From Mycobacterium sp. (GTDB lineage: Bacteria > Actinomycetota > Actinomycetes > Mycobacteriales > Mycobacteriaceae), in NCBI GenBank assembly GCA_032162105.1, contig JAVRPS010000446.1: a stretch of DNA of 58,140 nt. One strand, 5' to 3'. The notes beneath the pieces were generated by a model. That model did not search any database. It saw only the letters and a program-made list of their open reading frames with translations, and was not told the origin of the DNA. Both the position numbers and the translations under genes were made by a program. The stretch's first letter is position 1. Each line of letters opens with the position of its first letter. This document shows, in pieces, positions 30,328 through 40,400 of this stretch.

Positions 30328-30407
30328 TTCGCGACTGTACCTCGGCTACTCATTGGGACACGACAACTCTGGGATGTTGTCTACCAACGGCACATTTGCC
30401 CGATTGC

Positions 30408-30423
30408 TGTGACCTGTATCACA
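30408..30423. promoter_or_regulatory. CRP/GlxR site, perfect consensus
   Basis: TGTGA-CCTGTA-TCACA between divergent lipC and the fused ACAD gene. Confidence 0.75.
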
Positions 30424-30459
30424 GGTACGAGCTGGGCTTTTCGGTGGTTAAGTCGAGCG

Positions 30460-32637
30460 GTGGGCAACTCTGCGCTAGCGATCACCGACGACCACCGCGA
30501 CCTCGCCGACGCCGCAAACGGCCAGCTCAAACGGCTGAACAGCCTTGCTGCGGCCAGGGCCACACTCGACTCGGACACCGACGGCGCCAACCACCCGGCC
30601 GCCCTGTGGTCGGCCGCCGCCGACGTCGGGTGGCAGGGCCTTGCCGTCGCCGAGGAATACGGTGGTTCGGGCTTCGGCCTGTCCGAGCTGGCGGTGGTGC
30701 TGGAGGCACAGGGCCGTGAGCTGTGCCCCGGCCCCTTCCTGCCCACCGTGGCGGCCGCGGTGGTGATCGACCGCTGCGCGCCCGATTCGGTTCACGCGCA
30801 ACTTCTTCCGGGACTCGCCGATGGCAGTGTGGTGGGCGCGCTTGGCTTGTCGGGCAGCGTCACCGTCGGCTCGGACCTGGTGGTCGCCGGTGAGAGCCCG
30901 GCCGTGCTGGGCGCTCCGGATGCGGCCGTGCTGGCGGTCATGGCCGGAGACGACGTCGTGCTGGTCGACGCCGATGCCGACGGCGTCACGGTGACCACGC
31001 TGTCGTCGCTGGACACCACCCGCAGCATCGGATCGGTCGCACTGCGCAACGTCGCCGTCGCCGAGGAGCGCGTGCTCCGCGGCGCCGCGCGACGCGCCCG
31101 CACCGTCTTCCGCATCCTGGCCTCCGCCGAGGCCGTCGGAATCAGTTGGGCCACATTGGACATGGCCGTGGAGTACGCGAAGGTCCGCGAGCAGTTCGGC
31201 CGCACCATCGGCACCTTCCAGGCCGTCAAGCACCACGCCGCGAACATGCTCGTCAACGCCGAGCAGACCACGGCGGCTACCTGGGACGCCGCGAGGGCAG
31301 ACGACCTCGACAGCGCCTGGTTCGCAGGCGCCGTCGCGGCGTCGCACGCCATCCGAACTCAGATATTCAACGCGCAGTACAACATTCAGTTGCACGGCGG
31401 CATCGGGTTCACGTGGGAGCACGACGCGCACATGTACCTGCGGCGGGCCCGCACGCTGGCGGCGGTGATGGCTGACGGCGCCGAGCCCCTGATCGACGTC
31501 GTCGACGGCCAGCGCGGCGGCCAGGCGCACGGCGCCTCGTTCACGCTGCCCGACGAGGCCGAGGAGTACCGCAAGCCCGCCCGCGACGCCGTCACCACGT
31601 GTAAGTCCCTGCCTGCAGAGCAGCAGCGTGACTTCCTGGTCGACTCCGGGTATTTGGTGCCGCACTGGCCGAAACCGTGGGGTCGCGGTGCGGGTGTGCT
31701 GGAGCAGTTGGTGATCGAGGAGGAGTTCGAGAACGTAGAACGTGCCGACATGGGCATCACCGGCTGGGTGACGCTGACGATCGCCCAGGCCGGCAACGAC
31801 GACCAGCGCGAGCGCTGGGTCGAACCGGTGCTGCGCGGCCAGGTGATGTGGTGCCAGTTGTTCTCCGAGCCCGGTGCGGGTTCCGACGCCGCGGCGGTGC
31901 GCACGGCGGCCAAGAAGGTCGACGGCGGCTGGCGGATCACCGGGCAGAAGGTGTGGACCAGCCTGGCGCACCAGTGCCAGTGGGGGCTGGCGACGGTGCG
32001 CACCGATCCCGATGCCCCCAAGCACGCCGGGGTCACGATGATGGCGATCGACATGGCCTCGCCGGGGGTGACGGTGAATCCGCTTCGCGGCATGACGGGT
32101 CACGCCCACTTCAACGAGGTGTTCTTCGACGACGTGTTCGTGCCCGATTCCGACGTCGTCGGCGACGTCAACCGCGGCTGGCTGGTCGCCCGCGCCACGC
32201 TGGGCAACGAGCGGATCTCCATCGGTGGCGGATCCTCTGCGCCGACGGGGTTCACCGTGGACGACCTGATCAAGCTGCTCGACAGCGCACCGGCCGACAC
32301 CGCCACCAGCTACATCCGGCGAGCCGGCGAGGTGATCGCCGAGGGCCACACGCTGCGGCTGCTCAACCTGCGCCGGGTCACCCGGGCGATCTCGGGCGCC
32401 GAGCCGGGCCCTGAGGGCAACGTGACCAAGCTCCTGCTCGCCGAGCAGTCCCAACACCTCACGGAGCTGGGCATGGACCTGGCCGGGTCCGCCGCCGTCG
32501 TCGGGCTGACCCCTCAGCTGGCGACGACCTACCTCGGTAACCGCGCCATGACGATCGCGGGGGGCACCTCGGAGATCACCCGCAACACCATCGCCGAACG
32601 CATCCTCGGCCTGCCGCGGGACCCGCTGCTGAAGTAA
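30460..32637 (+). CDS. Fused two-domain acyl-CoA dehydrogenase (FadE22/FadE34/FadE6 type)
   Basis: N-half: REQFGRTIGTFQAVKH, LHGGIGFTWEH. C-half: WCQLFSEPGAGSD, GQKVWTS, FNEVFFD, IAGGTSEITRN, LGLPRDP. The long 5' extension in the ORF track overlaps lipC and is rejected. Confidence 0.9.
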   Translation: MGNSALAITDDHRDLADAANGQLKRLNSLAAARATLDSDTDGANHPAALWSAAADVGWQGLAVAEEYGGSGFGLSELAVVLEAQGRELCPGPFLPTVAAAVVIDRCAPDSVHAQLLPGLADGSVVGALGLSGSVTVGSDLVVAGESPAVLGAPDAAVLAVMAGDDVVLVDADADGVTVTTLSSLDTTRSIGSVALRNVAVAEERVLRGAARRARTVFRILASAEAVGISWATLDMAVEYAKVREQFGRTIGTFQAVKHHAANMLVNAEQTTAATWDAARADDLDSAWFAGAVAASHAIRTQIFNAQYNIQLHGGIGFTWEHDAHMYLRRARTLAAVMADGAEPLIDVVDGQRGGQAHGASFTLPDEAEEYRKPARDAVTTCKSLPAEQQRDFLVDSGYLVPHWPKPWGRGAGVLEQLVIEEEFENVERADMGITGWVTLTIAQAGNDDQRERWVEPVLRGQVMWCQLFSEPGAGSDAAAVRTAAKKVDGGWRITGQKVWTSLAHQCQWGLATVRTDPDAPKHAGVTMMAIDMASPGVTVNPLRGMTGHAHFNEVFFDDVFVPDSDVVGDVNRGWLVARATLGNERISIGGGSSAPTGFTVDDLIKLLDSAPADTATSYIRRAGEVIAEGHTLRLLNLRRVTRAISGAEPGPEGNVTKLLLAEQSQHLTELGMDLAGSAAVVGLTPQLATTYLGNRAMTIAGGTSEITRNTIAERILGLPRDPLLK

Positions 32638-32695
32638 CGGAGAAGCCACGGGTGCAGTAACGAAGGGCCACGGGCTGGGCACGACGCCGCGGATT

Positions 32696-34090
32696 GTGCC
32701 AAGCTTGACTATCGTGGCTAGCAAACTCGGCCCGGCGAGCGAGTCGCCATCGTCGAGCAACGGCGCAGAAACCGTCGACCTCGCGTCGGTGCTCGCCGCG
32801 CTCCAGCACACGCAGACACCAGCCGAGGATCAGCATCCATCCACCCGCGCGAACCGGCGTGGTCTTCTGACGTTGGCGTTGATTGGCCTGATCCTCGGGG
32901 GCGTCATCCAACTTGCCACCTCCACGCCCGAGCGCGAACGGACCGCGTCCAACGGCGCGAGCCGCGCCGAGGTGGTCTTCAGCAACGCCAAGAGCGGTAC
33001 CTGCCTGAGCTGGCCCCCCGACCAGCCCGACAAACCGTCCTTCGTCCAGTGCACGGCCGACCACATGTTCGAGGTCGCGAAGCCCGTCGCGATGAACAAT
33101 TTCGGCGAGCCGTGTCAGCTGGCGGCGCGCCAGTACCTGGGTGACCGGTACGACCCCGCCAGCAGGTTCACGATCGGCGTCATCTGGCCAGGGGACGCCG
33201 TCGGAACACCGGCCAGTGAGCGAAACCTGCTGTGCGGACTACAACTCCTTGGACCAGGAGGTCGACCGGTCCCATTCACGGGCAAGATCGCCGAAATCGA
33301 CCAGTCCAGGGTATGGCCGGTCGGCACATGCCTCGGCATCGATGAGACGACACATGGATCGACGGACGTGCCGGTGGACTGTTCGTCATCGCACGCTCTG
33401 GAGGTGACCGGAGCGGTGAACCTGGCGGAGCGGTTCCCCGGGGCCTTCCCCGCCGAGCCCGAACAGCAGGCATTCCTCGCCGAGTCGTGCACGCGGGCGG
33501 CAGACGCCTACCTCGCGCCGAAAACGCCGCAAGCAAGGGGTTTGGCAAGCAACTACGACACCGTGTCACCGGGGAGCTGGGCAGCAGGCAGCCGACAGGT
33601 GTCGTGCACCGTCGGTGACAGGCGGGAGAACGGTTGGGCACCACTGGCCGGCAGCGTAAGGGGTCCGTTGCCTGCCGACCTCCCTCCAGCGTCATCCCCT
33701 GAACCCGCACCGCCGCCGCCGAGCCCGTCCGATCAACCGCCACCGCCCGTGTACGAGGAGCCCCTGGTCCCGCTGCCTCCGGTCACCGCAGCGCCTCCGA
33801 CGACGACAGCCGCTCCGGCACCAACGACCACGACCACGACGACGGCCGCCACGTCGCCGCCACCGCCGGGAGTGCCGGGAGCGCCAGGCCCGCTGCCGGG
33901 TCCGCCGCCGGGAGCGCCAGGCCCGCTGCCGGGTCCGCCGCCGGGAGCCGAGCCTTCAACCGAACAGAGCCAAGGCCCCCAGCCGGGCGTCATAGAGGTA
34001 CCCGGCATGGCGCCGATCACGCTGCCGTGGTTGGTGCCACCGCCACCACCGCCACCACCGCCACCACCGCCACCAGCATCCGGGGTGTGA
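32696..34090 (+). CDS. Septum-formation-family membrane protein with a Pro/Thr-rich tail
   Basis: One TM helix, two Cys-rich repeats (GTCL..C...H..E ... W..G.R...C) and a poly-Pro C-terminus. Start is 32696 or 32714. Confidence 0.75.
   Translation: MPSLTIVASKLGPASESPSSSNGAETVDLASVLAALQHTQTPAEDQHPSTRANRRGLLTLALIGLILGGVIQLATSTPERERTASNGASRAEVVFSNAKSGTCLSWPPDQPDKPSFVQCTADHMFEVAKPVAMNNFGEPCQLAARQYLGDRYDPASRFTIGVIWPGDAVGTPASERNLLCGLQLLGPGGRPVPFTGKIAEIDQSRVWPVGTCLGIDETTHGSTDVPVDCSSSHALEVTGAVNLAERFPGAFPAEPEQQAFLAESCTRAADAYLAPKTPQARGLASNYDTVSPGSWAAGSRQVSCTVGDRRENGWAPLAGSVRGPLPADLPPASSPEPAPPPPSPSDQPPPPVYEEPLVPLPPVTAAPPTTTAAPAPTTTTTTTAATSPPPPGVPGAPGPLPGPPPGAPGPLPGPPPGAEPSTEQSQGPQPGVIEVPGMAPITLPWLVPPPPPPPPPPPPPASGV
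33875..33948 (+). repeat. 33-bp in-frame tandem repeat (2 copies plus partial) encoding PGAPGPLPGPP
   Basis: CCGGGAGCGCCAGGCCCGCTGCCGGGTCCGCCG at 33875 and 33908. Confidence 0.9.
34037..34075 (+). repeat. (CCACCGCCA)n microsatellite encoding poly-Pro
   Basis: About four 9-nt units near the 3' end of the gene. Confidence 0.85.
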
Positions 34091-34113
34091 CCGTCCGCCG
34101 TTCCTGATTAGCG

Positions 34114-34177
34114 CGCCCAACGTGCGGTTGTTCACGGCGCCACTCGGGCGATGTGTACGACAACCGTACGTTGGGCG
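34114..34177. repeat. Intergenic imperfect inverted repeat (REP-like)
   Basis: Arms CGCCCAACGTGCGGTTGT and ACAACCGTACGTTGGGCG between convergent reading frames. Confidence 0.7.
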
Positions 34178-34197
34178 TTGACTTCGCACACGGACCC

Positions 34198-34432
34198 CTA
34201 ACGCAGGGCGGCGCGGCCGCGGATGCGACCCAGCAGCACCAGCGCCAGCAGCGTGACCAGCAGCAGGATCGTCGTGCACGCGGCGGCCTGGAACGCCTGG
34301 CCGCGGTCGGTCAGCGCGAAGATGGTCACCGGCAACGTCTTCCACGTCGCGGGGTAGACCATCACCGTGGCCCCCAGCTCGCCCATCGACAACGCCACGG
34401 CCAGGCCCGCCGCCGCGCCGAGGGCCGGCCTG
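34198..34432 (-). pseudogene. 3' fragment of an ABC transporter permease (PhnV/FbpB/PotC-like)
   Basis: RPALGAAAGLAVALSMGELGATVMVYP...TLPVTIF...final TM-stop. No N-terminal part or EAA loop. Confidence 0.8.
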
Positions 34433-34573
34433 CTCGAGTCGACGACGGCCATGCCGATGCTGCGCCTGCACCGGCGGTCGCTCGACACCGAGGACCGGCC
34501 CATCGAAGTGGTGCGCTCGTTGTACCGCGGTGACCGCGTAGCGTTCGAGGCCATGCCCAACGACCGCGGCTGA
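34424..34573 (+). pseudogene. 3' fragment of a GntR/HutC (UTRA-domain) regulator, PhnF/PhnR-like
   Basis: AGLLESTTAMPMLRLHRRSLDTEDRPIEVVRSLYRGDRVAFE is a typical UTRA C-terminus. No HTH upstream. Confidence 0.78.
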
Positions 34574-34599
34574 CGACGGCGGCGCAATCGGTACGCCCT

Positions 34600-34971
34600 T
34601 CAGTAGCCCGGCTTGTTGGCCACGATGATGAGGCGACTGATCTTGTCGTCGTCCAACGAGAAGTAGAAGGTGAGCACCAACGGGTCGGGTACGCCGGTCT
34701 TGTCGTAATCGCCATCGATTTCAGCGCCGACGATGTAGTCGCCGTGATGCTCGCGTACGTCAACGAACTTGGTGGTGACGACCTTGTCGCCGACGCTTTC
34801 CCGATCGGCCCAGCGTTGGATCGACTTGGGTCCCCAGAACTCCCGCTGGATGTCGTTCACCACGGCGTCGTCGGCGAACGCCGAGACCATGCCCGCGCTG
34901 TCGAAGGCGTTCATCGCGGTGAAGTACTGGCGGATTGGGTTGGGCATTGCGTCGGTCATGATTGCGGTCAT
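34600..34971 (-). CDS. SnoaL/NTF2-like small protein
   Basis: RBS GAAAGGGAG; YFTAMNAFD..FADDAVVND, GDYDKTGVPDPL, KISRLII. Confidence 0.82.
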   Translation of the reverse strand: MTAIMTDAMPNPIRQYFTAMNAFDSAGMVSAFADDAVVNDIQREFWGPKSIQRWADRESVGDKVVTTKFVDVREHHGDYIVGAEIDGDYDKTGVPDPLVLTFYFSLDDDKISRLIIVANKPGY

Positions 34972-35103
34972 GCGGTTTCTCCCTTTCGTTGCATCGGGCT
35001 GACTGGACCCACAACCCACCTTGTTGCCTCCCCCTGGGGGAGGGTCAACCCTGCGGGGGCACCACCCACGCCGGTGCTCGCTCAAGAACGTAAGGTCGGT
35101 TGG

Positions 35104-36009
35104 GTGGCCGACTTTCATCCAGAGCTGGAGCGCACCGCCCGGTTCATTCCCCGCACGATCATCACCCGCTACACGCTGCCCCTCATGCGCGCGGCGGGGC
35201 GACTGGTGGGCCGCAACACGCCTGCCGACATCGAGACCCTGACACTCGCCTCGGGTGTCGGCGTGCGCCTGCACCGACCACCGGGCGCGACGGGCACCGG
35301 GCCAGGCATGGTGTGGATTCACGGTGGCGGCTACGTGATCGGCAGCGCGGCGCAAGACGACGCCATCTGCCGCCGGTTCGCGCGCGACCTCGGCATCACG
35401 ATCGCCGCGGTCGAATACCGGCTGGCACCGGAGTACCCCTACCCGATTCCGGTCGAGGACTGCTACTCGGCGCTGACCTGGCTGGCCGGGCTGCCCGCGG
35501 TCGATCCCGCACGGGTGGTCATCGGCGGCGCCAGCGGGGGCGGAGGCCTTGCGGCCGCCCTGGCGCTGCTGGCTCGGGACCGCGGCGACGTCGACGTCGC
35601 GGCGCAGATGTTGGTCTACCCGATGCTCGACGACCGGTCGGCGACCGCAGAGGGAATCGACGGCCGCAACCATCGGTTGTGGTCGCAGTCCTCCAACCGA
35701 TACGGCTGGTCGAGTTACCTCGGCGACGCTGACCCGAAGGTCGCCGTGCCCGCCCGACGCGACGACCTTCGCGGGCTACCGCCCACGTGGCTCGGTGTCG
35801 GCACCCTGGACCTGTTCCACGACGAGGACCTCGCCTACGTCGAGCGACTGCGGGCGGCAGGGGTGCCGTGCGACCTCGAGGTGGTCCAGGGCGCATTCCA
35901 CGGCTTCGACGGCGTCGTCCCGAAAGCCTCGGTGTCACAGTCGTTCTTCAACAGCCAGGTCGAGTTCCTGCGTCAGACGCTCAGGCGGACGGAACCGGCG
36001 GACGCCTGA
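35104..36009 (+). CDS. lipW: HSL-family esterase, LipW-like
   Basis: IHGGGY, YRLAPE, GASGGG, YPMLDDR, HGFD. Synteny with Rv0217c. Confidence 0.78.
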   Translation: MADFHPELERTARFIPRTIITRYTLPLMRAAGRLVGRNTPADIETLTLASGVGVRLHRPPGATGTGPGMVWIHGGGYVIGSAAQDDAICRRFARDLGITIAAVEYRLAPEYPYPIPVEDCYSALTWLAGLPAVDPARVVIGGASGGGGLAAALALLARDRGDVDVAAQMLVYPMLDDRSATAEGIDGRNHRLWSQSSNRYGWSSYLGDADPKVAVPARRDDLRGLPPTWLGVGTLDLFHDEDLAYVERLRAAGVPCDLEVVQGAFHGFDGVVPKASVSQSFFNSQVEFLRQTLRRTEPADA

Positions 36010-36060
36010 AGTCGTCGCCGCTGCGGTACTTGCCCGCCGCTGGGCGTTCGCGCGGGCAGA

Positions 36061-37305
36061 TCATGACCGTCTCAGATCGAATTCGACGGGCAGCGTGGCC
36101 GGTCCGGTGACTCCGACCATCGACGGCCACGGGGCCGGTCCGGTGCGGCGCAGATTGGGCATGCGCTGGGCCATCATGGTCAGCGCTTTGGCGAGTTCGA
36201 GCCGGGCCAGATGTGAACCCAAGCAGTAGTGCGCACCGCTGCCAAAGCTCAGCGTGCCGACCGTGTTGTCGCGGGTGATGTCGAATCGGTCGGGATCGTT
36301 GAAGGCTGCCGGGTCGCGGTTGGCGGCCGCGGTGTTGGCCAACACGATCGTTCCCGCCGGGATGCGGAGGCCCGCCAGCTCGACGTCTTCGGTGGCGATG
36401 CGGGGCAGGGCGAAGCCGATCGGTCGGTAGCGCATGAGTTCCTCCACCGCGCGAGGAACGAGTTCGGGCCGTTCGCCGAGCAGCGCCCATTGGTCGGGAT
36501 GATCGCAGAGAAGGTCTACGGAAGCGGCCAGTTGGTGGCGTGTGGTGTCGGTGCCTGCGCCGAGCAGGGCCACGGCAAGCGCCAGCAGTTCGTCGTGGTC
36601 GAGTTTTTGCCCATCGTCTTCAGCGCGGATCAGCTCTGAGATCAGGTCGTCGGTCAACGTCTGACGCCGGCAAGCGATCATGTCCTCGAGATAGTCGTCG
36701 AGGGCCTGCCAGGCGTTGAGGATGCTGGCTTCGTCGGCAGCGAGATTCCAGTCGAAGATCTTCTTGATGTCATTGGACCAGTCGGAGAACAGCTTCCAGT
36801 CATCGCGTGGTGTGCCGAGAAGTGCGCAGATCACCGGGGTCGGGAACCGTTCGGCGACATCGCACACGACGTCGCACCGTCCCCGTGCCAGGTGCGGCTC
36901 GAGCAATTCGGTGATGATGTCGACGATCAGCTGTTGGAGGCGCGCGGTGGCTCGGGGGGTGAACGCCTTGGCCACCAGGCGGCGCTGCCGGTGATGGCGC
37001 TCGCCGTCGATGGACAAGATCAAGGTGGTGATCCGATGCCACAGTGGCCCTGCGGTGATGCCCTGCGCTTCGGCGCCGGGCCGGTGCGCGGTGGCGAACC
37101 GCGGGTCGCGCAGCACCGCGCGGACCAGCTCGTAGGTCAGAACCTCGGGCCCGAGCGCGCCGAGGGCGATCGGCGCATCCCGGCGTGCCTCGGCGATGGC
37201 GCGGTGGGCGTCTTCGGGGTCCTGTAACTGCAGGTATTCCAGGGACGGCAACCCGGCCTCGAAGACGGTCGGGCAACTGCTGATGGATTTGGTGTCGGTG
37301 GTCAT
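36061..37305 (-). CDS. Cytochrome P450
   Basis: RBS GAGGAG; AGTDTT I-helix, EELMR (ExxR), FGSGAHYCLG heme motif. Confidence 0.93.
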   Translation of the reverse strand: MTTDTKSISSCPTVFEAGLPSLEYLQLQDPEDAHRAIAEARRDAPIALGALGPEVLTYELVRAVLRDPRFATAHRPGAEAQGITAGPLWHRITTLILSIDGERHHRQRRLVAKAFTPRATARLQQLIVDIITELLEPHLARGRCDVVCDVAERFPTPVICALLGTPRDDWKLFSDWSNDIKKIFDWNLAADEASILNAWQALDDYLEDMIACRRQTLTDDLISELIRAEDDGQKLDHDELLALAVALLGAGTDTTRHQLAASVDLLCDHPDQWALLGERPELVPRAVEELMRYRPIGFALPRIATEDVELAGLRIPAGTIVLANTAAANRDPAAFNDPDRFDITRDNTVGTLSFGSGAHYCLGSHLARLELAKALTMMAQRMPNLRRTGPAPWPSMVGVTGPATLPVEFDLRRS

Positions 37306-37475
37306 GGTGGTCTCCTCGGGTCGGTTGACTCGAGAATCCGATCCCGCGGGCCCAAGTCCATCGGTCGCACCGCGTAGAAAACGCCAGCAAGGGGTCGTAG
37401 ATACGACGGGTTCCTGGCGCGATCTACGCATCAGCGCCGATGTTTGCGGGTCACGTACGCCGCAGTGTGGCTAGC

Positions 37476-40400
37476 ATGAGCGAAATCGACGCGGTGTCGT
37501 TGGTCTGGAGCGACCTGGGCGTGAGCGAGCTGGTACCGACCGGAACGGTGACGTTGCTGCTGGCCGACGTCGAGGGCTCGACTCGGCTGTGGGAGACCCA
37601 GCCCGAGGAGATGACCGCGGCGTTCGCAAACCTCGACCGTGCCCTGGCGCAGGTGGTGGACGCCCATCACGGGGTCCGCCCGATCGAACAGGGCGAGGGC
37701 GACAGCTTCGTCATCGCCTTCGGACGGGCCAGCGACGCGGTCGCCTGCGCGCTCGAGTTGCAGCGGGCTCCGCTGGCTCCGATCCGTCTGCGGATTGGGC
37801 TGCACACCGGTGAGGTCCAGCTTCGCGACGAAGCCAACTACATCGGGCCCACCATCAACCGCACCGGCCGGCTGCGGGATCTAGCACACGGCGGACAAAC
37901 CGTGCTGTCCAATACGACAAGTGGTTTGGTCGATGAACGGTTGCCCGCCGATGCGTGGCTGACCGATCTCGGTGCTCATCCGATTCGGGATCTGCCCCGC
38001 CCCGATCGCGTGATGCAACTCTGCCATCCCGAGATCCGCAACGAGTTCCCACCACTTCGAACCTCCAAAACCACCCGCTCGCACAATCTTCCGGCCCAGC
38101 TCACCAGCTTCGTCGGGCGCCAAGCCGAAATGGACGAGCTAGGGCGAAGCCTTAGTGACAATCGCTTCGTCACCCTGACCGGAGCCGGCGGCGCAGGCAA
38201 AACGCGACTCGCCATCGAGGTCGCGAGCCGGCTCACCACCGAGTTCGACGACGGCGTGTGCTACGTCGAACTGGCACCCATCACCGATCCCGCGCTCGTA
38301 CAAGTAGCGGTCGCCCGTGCACTCGGTCTTCGAGACGAACCGGGCCGGTCTGCCCTCGACTCGGTGGCGCGGTTCGTCGACGATCGACGAATTCTGATGG
38401 TGCTGGACAACTGCGAGCACGTCCTCGACGCCGTCGCCGACTTGACCACGACCCTGTTGAGTGCGTGCGCGCAACTATCCCTGTTGACCACCAGCCGTGA
38501 ACCCATCGGATTGGCCGGCGAGGTCATCTACCGCGTGCCATCACTGTCGCTGGACGACGAGGCTATCGAACTGTTCGCCGATCGCGCACGCCGAGCTCGA
38601 CCGGCGCTGACTCTCACCGACGAAAACGCAAGAGCCATTGCAGAAATCTGTCACCGCCTTGATGGCGTCCCGCTGGCGATCGAACTCGCGGCGGCGCGCG
38701 TACGGGCCTTGTCCCTGGAAGAGATCCTCGACGGTTTACACGATCGATTCCGGCTGCTGACCGGCGGATCGCGCGGTGCGGTGCGACGCCAACAGACACT
38801 TCGGGCATCGGTGGACTGGTCACACGCACTGCTGACGGAACCCGAACGCGTGCTGCTCCGTCAGCTGGCGGTATTCATGGGTGGGTTTGACATCGTCGCG
38901 GCTGAGGCAATCGCGGGCGGCGACGTCGAGCGCCATCAGGTGATCGACTTGATCACCCTGCTCGTCGACAAGTCTCTGGTCAATGCGGAATACACCAGCG
39001 GCCCAACACGATACCGTCTGCTCGAAACGGTGCGCCAGTACGCCCTGGAGAAGCTCGGGGAGTCCGGCGAAGCTGATGTGGTCCGCACACGTCACCGCGA
39101 CCATTACAACGCCGCGGCCGCGAAGCTTGACGCCCCGAGAGTGACTGACATAGATCGGCGCGTTGACTGGGCCGACGGCGAGATCGACAACCTACGTGGG
39201 GCGTTCACGTGGAGCCTTGAACTCTCGCAGATTGATCGAGCGCTGGAGCTGGCGTCGGCGCTGCATCCGCTGTGGGTGACGAAGGGCCGCTTCACGGAAG
39301 GACTGAGCTGGTTCGACACTGTGCTCAATGGAACGGGCCACACCCTGCAACCCGCGTTGCGAGGGCTGGCAATGGCCGACCAGGCCGCGCTCGACGCATA
39401 CGCCGGCGCGGTCAGCCTGGAGCTTGCCCAGCAGGCATTGGCGATCGCCCGCGATATCGGCGATCAGAAGCTGACGGTCAGGGCACTGACGGCGTGCGCG
39501 GGGCAGGCCGTCTATCGAACGGACATCGTCCAGCGGTACCTGGATGAGGGCATCGACCTCGCGCGGAAATCCGGCGAGGGGTGGTGGTTGCGCCAGCTGC
39601 TCGGTTGGCGGGCATTCAATGGGAACGCAACCGGTGACCTGGGTGTGCCGCTCATGGCGGCCGAAGAGGGTTGCGCCCTCGCTGATGCGGCCGGGGATGG
39701 GTTCCACGGTCGCATCTTTCGATTGTGGCTTGCCTTGGCGAAGACCTGCCTCGGCGATCTGGCAGAAGGAAATCCCGGGTTACGCCGTGTGCTCGAGGAC
39801 GCTGACGCGGCTCACGACCCCGTTACGCGGGCACTCTGCCTGATCACCTTGTCTTTCGGACTCACTTACCAGGGTGAGTTCGACGCCGCTCGGGTCACTG
39901 CCGAAGAGTCCATCGCAGCTGGGGCAGCGATCGGGGGTTACAACCTCGATAACGCCTACGCGGTGTTGGGGCTGGCAGCCTTTGCCGCAGGAGATCTGGC
40001 GGAGGCAAGGATCGCATGCGAAAAGGCGTTGCACCACCAGGTTCCTGAGCGGGAGCCGCTGACGCTGAGCCTCGCCCCCCTGGCAGAGGTGGCCACCGCC
40101 TGCGGCGACCCCACCGAAGCGCGCCGCTGGGCCGACACTGTGGTGTCAAAGACCAGTTACTGGCATTTGATGCGAGCGCTGGGCACGCGTGCCCGGGTGG
40201 CACTCGCGCAGGGAGAACCACAACAGGCTGAACGGGATGTCTATGACGCACTGGCGATGGTCACCGACATGCAGGCGCACTTGATGACGCCGGACCTGCT
40301 CGAAACCCGCGCGGTGCTGACCGCACGAACCGGAGGTCACAGCGAGGCCGCACGGCTGTTCGGCGCCGCGCACGCGATGCGGCTGCGCATCGGCGTTGTT

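Noticed and set aside
29143-30459. Apparent 440-aa N-terminal extension of the fused ACAD
   Set aside because: It is the antisense mirror of lipC; the real start is near 30460.
35030-35060. G/C-run palindromes (CCCCCTGGGGG, AGGGTCAACCCT) upstream of the SnoaL gene
   Set aside because: Could be a regulator site, but short and low-complexity in high-GC DNA.
34600-35673. 357-aa and 421-aa overlapping ORFs at the SnoaL/lipW locus
   Set aside because: Only 34600-34971 (-) and 35104-36009 (+) have family motifs and plausible starts.
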